A stretch of 64,000 bases of DNA from Octopus sinensis. Its lineage: Eukaryota. The number at the start of each line of letters is the position of its first letter. The stretch's first letter is position 1. The translations under genes were made by a program, and so were the position numbers. The notes below the pieces were generated by a model. The model worked only from the letters and a program-made list of their open reading frames with translations, ran no database searches and had not been told where the DNA came from. The stretch spans positions 182,838,001-182,902,000 of the forward strand of contig NC_042997.1 in the NCBI RefSeq assembly GCF_006345805.1. Reading direction: 5' to 3'. Shown here piece by piece: positions 1 through 11,800 of the stretch.

Positions 1-1011
1 CGGAGGTCATGGTAGGAAGAGTGCCATACAGTTGCTGCTTTGTTGGGTGTTGCTACCAAGAAAGATTGAGAACTGCACAAAGTATTCCCATGTATGTACT
101 GTCAAGCTTCTTTCCAAAGCTCTTGTTCAGTATTGCTGCAGAGGAACTATAGAGAAACTGCTGCAACAACTAAGCTAAAAGAAAAATACCTCAGGAAGCT
201 CACTCAGATCAAAAAGCAGAAACCAAACTAAAGCAAATATAGCAAATTTAGTAAATTACTAACCTAATATCTTTTGAACTAAATGGTAATAGGCTTTTGC
301 ATCAGCACTCATAATTTATTTGTTTTTATCCCTGAATCACAACAGAGTGGTAGGAGAAAGCTGTTTTCAAAACTGAAAATTAGCCAAAATATTTACAACA
401 GAATAGACTCCATTAAAGGCACCCAAAGGATAAAAAGATAGTGGTGTTAATCTGGGTGACAGATTAATCTGCTATCCATGCAAACTACAGTAGGTTTTGA
501 AATCAAAATGAAAATGTAAAGAGCCAGGACTTTTACTGCAAAGTATCCCATCAGAAACACTAACAATTCTGCATATCTGCCAATTTAGACAGTAGTTTAT
601 TCATTGACGTGGAGGGATGAAAGGTAAAGATGAGTCTGATTAGATTTGATCTTAGAATACTGGTATTTATACTATAAAATAAGAAGGGAGAAGGTTCAAA
701 ATGAATAATAGTAAGATCTTAACTAAGAAATGTGAACCTACAGGATAAATCCTTTCAGACATAGTTCATTTTCTTGTCACTTGCAATAATATATATATAT
801 ATATATATTTAAAAGTTGCATTATGGAACTGTCATTTTAATGAGATTTTTTTATTTATTTATCACCCAACGAGATACGTCCACACCGCCGGATGCTCCTG
901 TACCAGTTTTTTGTGTGTCCCACAAGAGGAGTCGATGCTGGGTGTGTTGAAACAATTGTTGGGATTAATAATATATTCTCATATATTCCATCTTCTGTCT
1001 TTTATTTGTTT

Positions 1012-1065
<54 letters not shown>

Positions 1066-1126
1066 TATATAGAAAATATTATTAAAATTAATATTAATAT
1101 CCTTGAAAATATATGTTAACACACAA

Positions 1127-1496
1127 TCAAGGCTAGCCAAAATTAGAGAAATTCAAACTGAACAAAAAGAATGTTTAAAGCTGGTTCAACCGAAGACATT
1201 GCTTCATTTAACTATCTAAGTTTCTATCAGCCATAACATAGAATTCTTATCTTTATTTTTTTATTCTTTAGTTATCCAGTGACGTCACCAGTAGTTGTAT
1301 ACAAAAATAGCCTTTTTTAGATTATACTTCTATACAGATTTCTAATCTGTCATAATGTAGAATTCTTATGTTTATTCTTTTATTATTTCATTAGTTGTGT
1401 CACCATTAGTTGAATGAAGAAATGTCTTAGGTTGAATCAGCTTTAAGTGTTCTTTTTTGTTCAATTCAAATTTCACTAGTTTTGGATAGCCTTGAT
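1127..1496. repeat. Fold-back element with ~85-bp inverted arms
   Basis: 1127-1213 (tcaaggctagccaaaattag...cttcatttaacta) is the approximate reverse complement of 1407-1496. Confidence 0.75.
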
Positions 1497-1502
1497 AGCA
1501 CA

Positions 1503-1596
1503 GGCATATGGTGGAGTGGTTAAGAGTGTGGGCTACTAACCCCAAGATTTCGAGTTTGATTCCAAGCAATGACCTGAACAATAATAATAATAATAA
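1503..1596 (+). mobile_element. Short tRNA-derived SINE with (AAT)n tail
   Basis: A-box-like tggtggagtggtt, B-box-like gagtttgattcc, then an (aat)n tail; too degenerate for a tRNA gene. Confidence 0.55.
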
Positions 1597-1598
1597 AC

Positions 1599-1768
1599 GC
1601 ACAGGAGTGGCTGTGTGGTAAGTAGCTTACTTAACAACCACATGGTTCCTGGTTCAGTCCCACTGCATGGCACCTTGGGCAGGTGTCTTCTTCTATAGCC
1701 TAGGGTCAACCAAAGCCTTGTTAGTGGATTTGGTAGACGGAAAGTGAAAGAAGCCTGTCGTATATATG

Positions 1769-1803
<35 letters not shown>

Positions 1804-2000
1804 TTGTCCCCCCAATGTCACTTGACAACCAGTGTTGGTGTGTTTATATCCCCATAACCTAGCAGTTCGGCAAAAGAGACCAATAGAATAAGTACTAGGC
1901 TTACAAAGAATAAGTCCTGGGGTTGATTTGCTCGACTAAAAGCGGTGCTCCAGCAAGGCCACAGTCAAATGACTGGAACAACTAAAAGAGTAAAAGAGTA
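1599..2000 (+). mobile_element. tRNA-derived SINE, local family A (full length)
   Basis: A box tggctgtgtgg, B box ggttcagtccc, ccttgggca(a/g)gt core, internal (TA)n(TG)n and (taaaagag)n tail; recurs many times in the window. Confidence 0.85.
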
Positions 2001-2093
2001 TATATTTCTGAGGATATTAATATAATTTTAATCATGTTTTATATATATGTATATATATATATACATATATATATATGTATATATATAGTATAT

Positions 2094-2730
2094 AGTATAT
2101 GATCCATATTGAATTAAGAGAAGAAAATGGGGAGTCAGTGGTTAATAATTATTTATTAAGAAATTGATAATCATTTCTTCCTACAGCTTTTTTCATTTAT
2201 ACCTATTGAATAAATTACAAATTTGTGCATTAAATTTGCATTTATAAATTAGTAAAATATCATCAAAAAAAGTTAGACATTTAAAAAATTCCAGCAGACC
2301 CAAAATATTCAATTCTACCTTATTTATTTTTATCCTATTATTTTATTCTTATTTTATTTTTTAGTTTTTTTAGTTTTATTTTACTTCTTATTTTATTTTA
2401 TCTTATTCTTTATTTTATTTTTTCTATTATATTCAAATTAATCCGTTAACTCTCACACAATACAAAAATAAAAAAATAAAACAATTCCATCAATTTAGTC
2501 TGCTGGAATTAACAGATAGGTCAACATGTAATTTTTTAAGTATCTAACTTTTCCCTGATGATGTTTTGCTCATAACTTATAAATGCATATTTAATGCACA
2601 AATTTGTAATTTATTCAATGAGTATAAATGGAAACAGCTGTAGGAAGTAATGATTATCAATTAATTAATAAATGATTATTAACCACTAACTCTCCATTTT
2701 CTTCTCTTAATTCAATATGGATTATATACT
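2094..2730. repeat. Fold-back element with ~200-bp inverted arms
   Basis: 2094-2299 is the approximate reverse complement of 2498-2730, with a T/A-rich spacer; adjoins (TA)n. Confidence 0.85.
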
Positions 2731-2849
2731 TAATATATACCTATTGATTTAGGGAAATTTTATTTCCCAAAGATATAAGGTATAGAACCAGTGTTTTCTT
2801 GGGTGTAATCATCCTTTTAAGAGGTCAATATATCCTCTAATTGACTTAC

Positions 2850-3020
2850 ATGTGTGTTTGTGTGTGTGTGTCTGTCAGTGCATGTGTGTATATATATGTG
2901 TATGTATGTATGTATGTATGTATGCATGCATGCATGCATCCATGTATGTATGTATGTATGTATGTATGTATGTATGTATGTATGTATGTATGTATGTATG
3001 TATGTATGCACACACACACA
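2850..3020. repeat. (TG)n/(TATG)n microsatellite
   Basis: Direct reading; source of several spurious ORFs. Confidence 0.95.
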
Positions 3021-3519
3021 ATATACATAAGTGTCTAAAAAAATGAATACATGATTGTTAAGTTGATATTTATTAAAATACATTTCATTTTCAAAATTTA
3101 ATAGAATCTACAAGCAGAATTTAATTTTTTTTTTTTATGACCACTTCTTTTCAAACTGATGACTTTTCAGGCCCATGAACAACTGATAATACAAACCAAA
3201 AGAATCACACACATCAAGAAACATTTTTTCGGTGTTTGTGTTCATTCTTATTCAATGTCTATCCTCAAGTAGTCAGCTGTTGTTGGTTTTGTACCATGAA
3301 CATTATCTTTTAAGTATTCTCATTGAAAATGCCTACTGGTGTACAGTCTGGTGAGTGCAGAGAGCATTGTATAAAACCTCTTTGCTCAATCCACAATTTT
3401 TGCAAAGTCTCATCAAGGTAGGCCCTTACACTACAGTGGGAGGGTGGGTATGCCCCATTGTTCACATCTTCAAAGTCCTCTTGAAAGTTTGGTCAGACAG
3501 ATTGTTACCGCAAGTTTAA

Positions 3520-3850
3520 CCCTTTAGCATTCAGATTATTTCATCAAATGTAATGCTTATCTATTCACATTGACAGTGGCATGTAAAAAAGCACCCAGCA
3601 CATTCTGTAAAGTGGTTGGCATTAGGAACGGCATCCAGCTGTAGAAACCATGCCACAATAGACAGTTGGAGTCCAGAAAGCTCCTTGCTAGTTAGCTCCA
3701 TGTCAAACCATCCAACCCATACCAGAATGGAGAACAAACATTAAATGATGATGATGATGATTGCTTTAAATTAATCATGAATTGTCTTGTTGCATCAACA
3801 TTTTGATATGATTGTTTATTCTTAGAATGACATTGTAGAGTAGGTATGAT
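3520..3850. mobile_element. Partial piggyBac-type MITE interrupted by a family C SINE tail (~3573-3760)
   Basis: Starts ttaa|ccctttag and matches the reverse complement of the 50763-50983 MITE on both sides of the inserted piece, which ends in (gat)n. Confidence 0.65.
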
Positions 3851-5258
3851 ATTATTATTTATTTTTTGTGGTGTATTTCTTTTATTAAGTGATGGTTTCC
3901 TTTCATTTATTAGTGTGTATTCGTATTACTATTGTAAAGAAGTGTCATATGAATATACTGAAATAATCTTTATCTCTATACTATTCAGCATGCCATTGCA
4001 TTTGTCTTTAGCATGCTGATAAGTACCAACATAGTATATCAGTATATTCTTGCCAATCTTCCTTCATTTGTTCACCTAAACTCCTTGCAGCTTCTCCTAT
4101 ATTTACTGTGATTAAGTTCATTCATTCACCCTTCATACATTTTAATCGGTACACTATATTCCTTATTTTACAGTTAGTCCTTGAGTTTGTATTTCATACA
4201 ATTTCTATTGGTACATATCAAAGGGGAAAGTTCTTCTCACCTGTGATCTAATGGATTTTCCTGACATCTCTACGACTTCAATTCTAAGTTCAGTGTACTC
4301 AGAGCTTTTGTAAACCTACAGTCCAATTATCCTGTCAGTGTAGCATTAATAAATAACACCCCTTGACACTTGTCACAATTGTACTATGTGTTTATCTTAT
4401 CTTCTTACTAATCTTTTGTAGGCTGTTCCATAGTTTGCTTAAGTTGGGTTCTATTAGTATCATTTCTTATATCCTCAATTATTTTCTATGCTTCCTTGTA
4501 CACCCTGATTCTATTTTTTGATTGAAACATGAGAACTGCATGCAATGCATGAAGTCCAGTGCATGTGTCTCTATTCCACAGAATTTGCACATGAGGTCAA
4601 TGGAAACATGTTATTCATTATCCTAACTGAGTCTGCTATCAGTATATTTATCTTAATGTTATGGGATATAGCTGAATTCCTATGGATTACATGCTTACTT
4701 TGGGTTTGGCATAATTTGAATGAAGGAATTGTATTTTGTTATCTATAATTCAGTATCAAAGATGGAGAATCAATTATTTAAGTGCATATTTGGTGGACAG
4801 AGTTAGCTATACACTGAATGATCTCCAGGGTACTCTTTTCAAGTTTGAACAAATAGTTTTTTGGAGTTGCTGTAACTATAAGGTTTTAATTAATACTATA
4901 CAAACTTAAAATCAAAACTGATTTAAATCAGTATATCAAAGCAATTTTAATGTAAATATATGCTATATCTTAATAAAATAATAGGCTTAATCAAAATTTG
5001 ACATTGGTTAATGAGTCAAAAACTACAGTAAATCCAACATTTCTGCTGTTTCCACAAGAACTTGGAATATATAACTGAGATTCCTTCCACAATGTAATTA
5101 ATTGTAAAAATACATATAGGCTCACTTACTGATTGGGTTCGTTAGTTATGTAGTGAATACATGTAACATAACATGCTAAGCTATTGTTGGACTGTGTTCG
5201 ACAATGGCTCAGCCGGGCAAAACTTTGAAGTCACTGTCGATAATATTCTTGTTTAAGG

Positions 5259-5590
5259 ATGTGTGTGTGTGTGTGTCTGTGTCTGTGTCTGTGTCTGTGT
5301 CTGTGTCTGTGTCTGTGTGTGTGTGTGTGTGTGTGTCTGTGTGTGTGTGTGTGTCTGTGTCTGTGTGTCTGTGTCTGTGTGTGTCTGTATGTGTGTGTGT
5401 TGTGTGTGTCTGTGTGTGTGTGTGTGCGTGTGTGTGTGTGTGTGTGTGTATACAACTGGCTTCTCTCAGTTTCTGTCAACCAAATTCACTCACAATGCTT
5501 TGGTCAGCTCAGGGCTATAGGAGAAGACACTTGCTCAAGAATCCACACAGGGCGACTGAACCCAGAACCACTTGGTTGAGAAGCAATTCC
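5259..5590 (-). mobile_element. Family A SINE 5' part with expanded (TG)n/(TGTCTG)n
   Basis: 5455-5590 matches the reverse complement of the family A head and core. Confidence 0.65.
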
Positions 5591-5871
5591 TGCGCTTATT
5601 ATTTTACTAAAGTATAACTATATTGGTAATACTTAGCAAATAAGCTGAACAACATCCTTATTTTTATAACAGAAAAAAATGAAAATTGATGGACCTGAAT
5701 CTGCAGTCCCAGTGAACAAAAGTTACTGTGTAACTACTTTACTGAGCTGTGGACTCTAATAACTTTCCAACAACCTTCTAGTTTTCTAAATAACTGTAGA
5801 ATTTCCACACATACTTCTACACATGTTTATAAATTCACAGCCTTTCCATGTTTCCTTTATTATCTTCACAG

Positions 5872-6030
5872 GTTGGTTTTTCTCTCATAATATGGGCCGT
5901 ATGTGGTGTTTTGTCAATGGTTGGAGCAATATGTTATGCAGAACTTGGAACAACGATAACAAAATCTGGAGGAGATTACTCTTATATCCTAGAGGCATTT
6001 GGTCCACTGCTAGCCTTTCTGCAACTATGG
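5872..6030 (+). CDS. SLC7A5/SLC7A8-like: SLC7 exon ([12 protein letters not shown]...[33 protein letters not shown])
   Basis: ttcacag| acceptor, |gtaagt donor, 159 nt, phase 0/0; TM2 motif YAELGT. Confidence 0.95.
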
Positions 6031-7860
6031 GTAAGTTAAATCTTGTGTTCTATTTTCCAATGAAATTAATGCAGTTGATGTTCAGCTTGCACATCTGTTG
6101 AAACATCTACATCAATATTATTTTAATATCCATTTTTCCATAGCTGGCAGAAACGTTAGCATGTCGGGCGAAATGCATAGCTGTATTTCGTCCGCTGTTA
6201 TGTTCTGGGTTCAAATCTGATAATTTGTTTCATGGAAAGTAATGTACATCATATACCCAGAGAAGTCAGAAAAATTCAACAGGAATTAATCATATTCCAC
6301 CCAATGAAGTGCCCACACATGGCTGTTGCTGAAAAATGTTCAACAATATAGTAATTACAAAGAAGGATCTTGTATAATAGTATATGAATATAAACTCTGC
6401 AACTTAAAGTTGGTGTGCAGTATAGAAGCAAATGTTGTGATCTACTATTAAATAAAAAGCCTGTTATCTTCCATCCTCATGTTATAATATTCTCATACAT
6501 CATACATATATATATACATATATATATACATATGTGTGTATGTATGTGTGTGTGTGTGTGTATGCATGTGCCTCTGTGTGTGTGCCTTTGTGTCTGTGTT
6601 TGTCCTTCACCACCAGCTTGACAACAGTTGCTGGTGTGTTTACATCCCCGTAACTTAGCAGTTTGGCAATAAAGACCAATAGAATAAGTACTAAGCTTGG
6701 AAAAAAATAAGCCTTTGGGTTGATTTGTGTGACTGAAATCCTTCAAGGTGGTGACCCAGCATGGCTACAGTAAAAATTGACTGAAACAAGTGAAAGATAT
6801 CTACATATATAAATTAGAAAAAAAACCACCTTTTATCAATTCAATAATGAAAAATTAAATTATACTATTTAGAAAGATTACATATTATAGAAAGATTAAA
6901 TATAAGATAAAACATTTAACGATGATTAAGTAATGTGCAAAATAATAAATAAAATGTATATATTTATGATGGGCCTCATTCAGTTACGGTTGACCAAATC
7001 ATCTACTCACAAAGAATTAACTGGCCCAGAACTATAGAAGACATTTGCCCAAGGTTCCATGAATTGAAACTGAACCCAGAGCCATGTGGATAAGAAGCAT
7101 AACTGTTCCCTACATCAATAGGAAAAACTTAGGCAGAAGGAATTACAAAGGGTTACAGTTTTAGGCTTGGACCTATTTTATTGGTAAATTGATTGTAATG
7201 AAATAACAAGTACAGCGGGGTTGAAATTCATCAAATGTAACTACACATTCTTATAAAATTTAGGGACCTAAGCTAAAATTTTTTTTATCATTTTTGTTAA
7301 TGATGTTGCTGGTATTGTTGTTGTTTTTAGGTTAACCTGATTGTACTTCGTCCAACTGCCCAAGTAGTTATAGCACTAACCTTTGGTTACTATGTTATAC
7401 ACCCATTCTATCCTTCTTGTGAACCACCTCCTGGACTTGTGAAATTGTTGGCTGCATCCTGTATCAGTAAGTATCTGAAATAATTACCATACATATTCAT
7501 GTAAAAGTCATTTTTCAGGCAGTGACAAGTGACAAGTGACCGAGACCTTTGGTGATACACCATGCCTGAGAAGACCTGTCAAGCCAAGTGAGATGTTATG
7601 TGACTGGCACCTGTACCAGTGGCACATAAAAGGCACCCACTACACTCTTAGAATGGTTGGTGTTAGGAAGAGCATCCAGCCATAGAATCAGGCCAAATCA
7701 AATTGGAACCTGGTGCAGCTTCCCAGTTTACCAGTTTTCAGTCAAACCATCCAATTCATGCCAGCATGGAAAACAGACATTAAATGATGATGATGATAAT
7801 GATCATAGTAACAATAATAAATATAATCCAAGGAAGGAATTTATAAATATTTTAAAATTT

Positions 7861-7918
<58 letters not shown>

Positions 7919-8823
7919 TTTGACCAGGACTGATACAATGAGGGGATGCACCAGATTCCAGTCTGATTTAGCATGTTTTCTACTGCCATATGCCTTCCTA
8001 ATGTCAACCCCTCTGAGAGGTTAATGGGTTCTTTTATGTGCCACCAGCACAGTTGCCATTTGCATGACACCAGCAACAGCCATATTGTTCAAAAGATGCT
8101 TTTTACATGCCACTGGCATTAGTACTAGTCATGTGATACCAGCATCAACCACCATGTGTGTGCGTGCGTGTGTGTGTGTGCATGAGCGTGCGTGCGTGTG
8201 TATGTGTGTGTGCATGTGCGTGCATGTGTGTGTGTGTGTATGTGTGTATCTATATGTATGTCTGGCCCATTTAAAAGTATTCTTGATGCATTGGGTGATA
8301 TCATATGCTGAGAAGACCTGTTGAGTCAAGTAAAATAAAAATCATAGCTGTGGCCAGTGCCCCCTGACTGGCTCCCATGCTGGTGGCATGCAAAAAGCAC
8401 CATCTGAACGTGATCGATGCCAGTGCCCCCTGACTAGCTCCCATGCTGGTGGAACATAAATTACACCATCCGAATGTGGTTAATGCCAGTGCCCCCTGAC
8501 TGGCTCCTCTGCCTGTGGCATGTAAAAAGCACCATCCAAACGTGGTCAATGCCAAGTCCACTTCACTGGCTCCCATACCAGTGGAACATAAAAAGCACCC
8601 ACTAATCTCTGAGAGTGGTTGGTATTAGGAAGAGCAGCCAGCTGTAGAAACATTGTCAGATCAGATTGGAGCCTGGTGCAGCAGCTGGCTTTCAAGACCT
8701 CAGTCAAACTGTCCAACCTATGCCAGCATGGAAAACGAATGTTAAACAATGATGATGATGATGATGATGTATGTATGTATGATGACAGTTGTCCAACCAT
8801 GACTGAGGAAGACCAATAAATGA

Positions 8824-8867
<44 letters not shown>

Positions 8868-11800
8868 TCATCATCATCATATGTATATATATTCTGTAAA
8901 TATAATTATATGCTTAAGCTTATAAGCATTCAGCATATATTGGCTATAGAAAATAGTCTAGTATTGGGGTATATAAGTCCTCAACAGAAAAATACAAATG
9001 GATAAGTTTGCATACCTATCCCTTTTTTCTGTCAAGGCAAAAAACTCCTTGCATCCGTTTTCAACCTTATTTACATTGCTGAGCCTCCATCCATTCAAGA
9101 AATGAACCATGGCTAGGAAAAAGTGTCAATCTGATGGTGAAAGATCTGTATTATGGGCAGAGTAGGGTAACACTTCCAACCCCTGAAGTTTCTCACTTGG
9201 TCTCATTGGCAGTGTGTACTGGGGTATTGTCATGAATGCATGCATGCATGTATGTATGTATGTATGTATGTATGTATGTATGTATGTATGTATGTATGTA
9301 TGTATGTATGTATGTATGTATGTATGTATGTATGTATTAAGAGAGTTTACAAAAAAAACAAAAGACGAAGACAGGTGGTGTACAAAACAAACAGATGTAT
9401 TAGTATAACGCTCAGAAATAGAAAAGGTTTTTCTTCTTTTATGTATGTATGTATGTATGTATGTATGTATGTATGTATGTGTGTATGTATTTCTAGCAAT
9501 GCTGGTGCTTACTAGCACCCTCCGTCACTTTAGTGACAACTGTACTTGTTGCATATTGGTACTAAACTGCTAATAACCACCTTAATAATTTATATATATA
9601 TATATATACATACACATATATATAGATAGGTAAGAAATAGAATATAAACTTCTTGTGTAGCAATAAACATTGTCCAAAACCCAAATTTATTTCCTTTGAA
9701 ACTTGAACAAAAAGTAAATCAGTTAAAGGGAAGTCTTAAAATAGTTGTGTGTTAATTTCCTTTCTTATGAAATAGTCTGACAAATAACAAGAGACAGAGA
9801 ACAAACTTATAACGTATAAGTGACAATATTGTCAGTATTTCAACATATTTGTTTTGAAACTTGAACAAAAAGGTAAAGTGGTCTAGAAATCGGACTCAAA
9901 ATACTTGCCATGTTCTTAGAAGACCGCTTATAAACATAACTTTCAGTCAATAACTCTCTAAATTCAACTAATATATTCATTGCTTTGTTTTTTTTTTTCT
10001 TTTTAGCTCTTTTGTTGTTCTAGTCATTCATTCAATGGTACTTAACTAAATAAAGCCATTTTATTGGCGGGAGGACTCTATTTTCTTTAGTTACATAACT
10101 GCAATGTGCTGAAAATATTTAAAAGAGAAAAATACCACTATTTCTCCATCACTACTACCTTAATTGTCTGTTTTACTCTTATTCTTTATGTTTTTCTTCT
10201 TTTATTTTTTTCCTTTTCTTTCAGCCCTTCTCTTCTCTACTTTCTGCTAATTTATCTTCATCTTCCTCCCAACCCTTCTTCCTTTTCCTCCCTCTCTTCC
10301 CTCTCTTCCTCTTCTTCCCCTTTTCTTTCTCCTCCTCTTCCTCCAACTCCTCCACATCCTCCTATTTCTCCTTCTCTTCTTCTACCTTCTATTTTAGTGA
10401 ACAGTACACTAAACCCTGTAGATCAAAACAATTCTGGAGTACATGTCCATTACTTCTTTATTTACATTAATTCTTATGTCTGGTGTAGATGGCAATGATG
10501 TTAGAAAAACAAAAATACATATTTCACACTTTTATCCACATTGGTGCTTCTTGTTGTATTCCCTCCACTAACAATTCCAATTCAAATCCTTTACTCAACA
10601 ATACCTATTTCTTTACTACCCACAAGGGGCTAAACACAGAGAGGATAAACAAGGACAGACAAACGGACTAAGTCAATTATATCGACCCCAGTGTGTAACT
10701 GGTACTTATTTAATCGACCCCGAAAGGATGAAAGGCAAAGTCGACCTTGGCGGAATTTGAACCCAGAACGTAACGGCAGACAAAATACCACTAAGCATTT
10801 CACCCGGTGTGCTAACGATTCTGCCAGCTCGCCGCCTCAACAATACCTCTTTACCTTTCTGGTATTAATTAGAAGGCGGCGAGCTGGCAGAAATGTTAGC
10901 ACATCATCTGCTGCTACGCTCTGAGTTCAAATTCCGCCAAGTTCAACTTTGCCTTTCATCCTTTTGGGGTCAATTAAATAAGTACCAGTTACGCACTGGG
11001 TCGATATAATTGACTTAATCCGTCGGTCCTTGTTTGTCCTCTCTGTGTTTAGCCCCTTGTGGGTAGTAAAGAAATAGGTATTAATTAGAAGTCTTCCAAC
11101 TATGACCATCCCATCTTTTTCACACTTTGTATATTGACATATTCAATGTGGAAGCATCTACAGTAATCCCACACCATATCATGGTTCGCCTATCGTGGTT
11201 GCTGTTTATTATTTGAGCTTACATAGATTCCTCCATGGTGTATGTATGTATGTATAATAAAATATATATTTATATATATTTATAATAAAATAAAATGCAT
11301 TTATAATAAAATAAAATATATACAGATTATAAAAATAATTTAAAAAAATATACAGTATTTATAGCCGTAGGAATGGCTGTGTGGTAAATAGCTTGCTTAC
11401 CAACCACATGGTTCCAGGTTCAGTCCCACTGCGTGGCACCTTGGGCAAGTGTCTTCTACTATAGCCTCGGGCCGACCAGAGCCTTGTGAGTGGATTTGGT
11501 AGATTTGGTAGCATTTCGCCTGGCGTGCTAACGATTCTGCCAGCTTGCCGCCTTCTGTATATCTATAAATGCAGTAATTTCAATAATACTATAATCAAGA
11601 TAAGTTATAATAGTATAAGGACAAGATGTTACCATATTTTCTTCCAATTTATTTTTGCTTTTTTATTGCTTTATTTATCGTTTACACTTACCCTAATTTG
11701 TCATCATCATCATCGATTTAGCATCCACTTTTCTATACTTGCATGGGTTGGACAATTATATAATTATCATTGATTATATCATTTGATCAGATATTAAATT

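Noticed and set aside
3900-4900. Possible decayed LINE on the minus strand (CKFCG..H motif); similar hints at ~46000-46800 and ~14100-14300
   Set aside because: Only isolated weak motifs; cannot be supported without a profile search.
5204-5617. Cys/Val-rich or His/Thr-rich ORFs (also near 2817, 8064, 9126, 20657, 29348, 52701)
   Set aside because: Translations of (TG)n, (TATG)n and (CT)n microsatellites.
1-5871. Searched for the SLC7 N-terminal exon (TM1 IIGSGIF motif)
   Set aside because: Not found; it is presumably upstream of the window.
8340-8600. Regularly spaced repeats that look like a CRISPR array (also 63486-63696 and 62386-62500)
   Set aside because: The intervening sequences are homologous to each other, the arrays lie inside a eukaryotic retroposon, and there are no cas genes.
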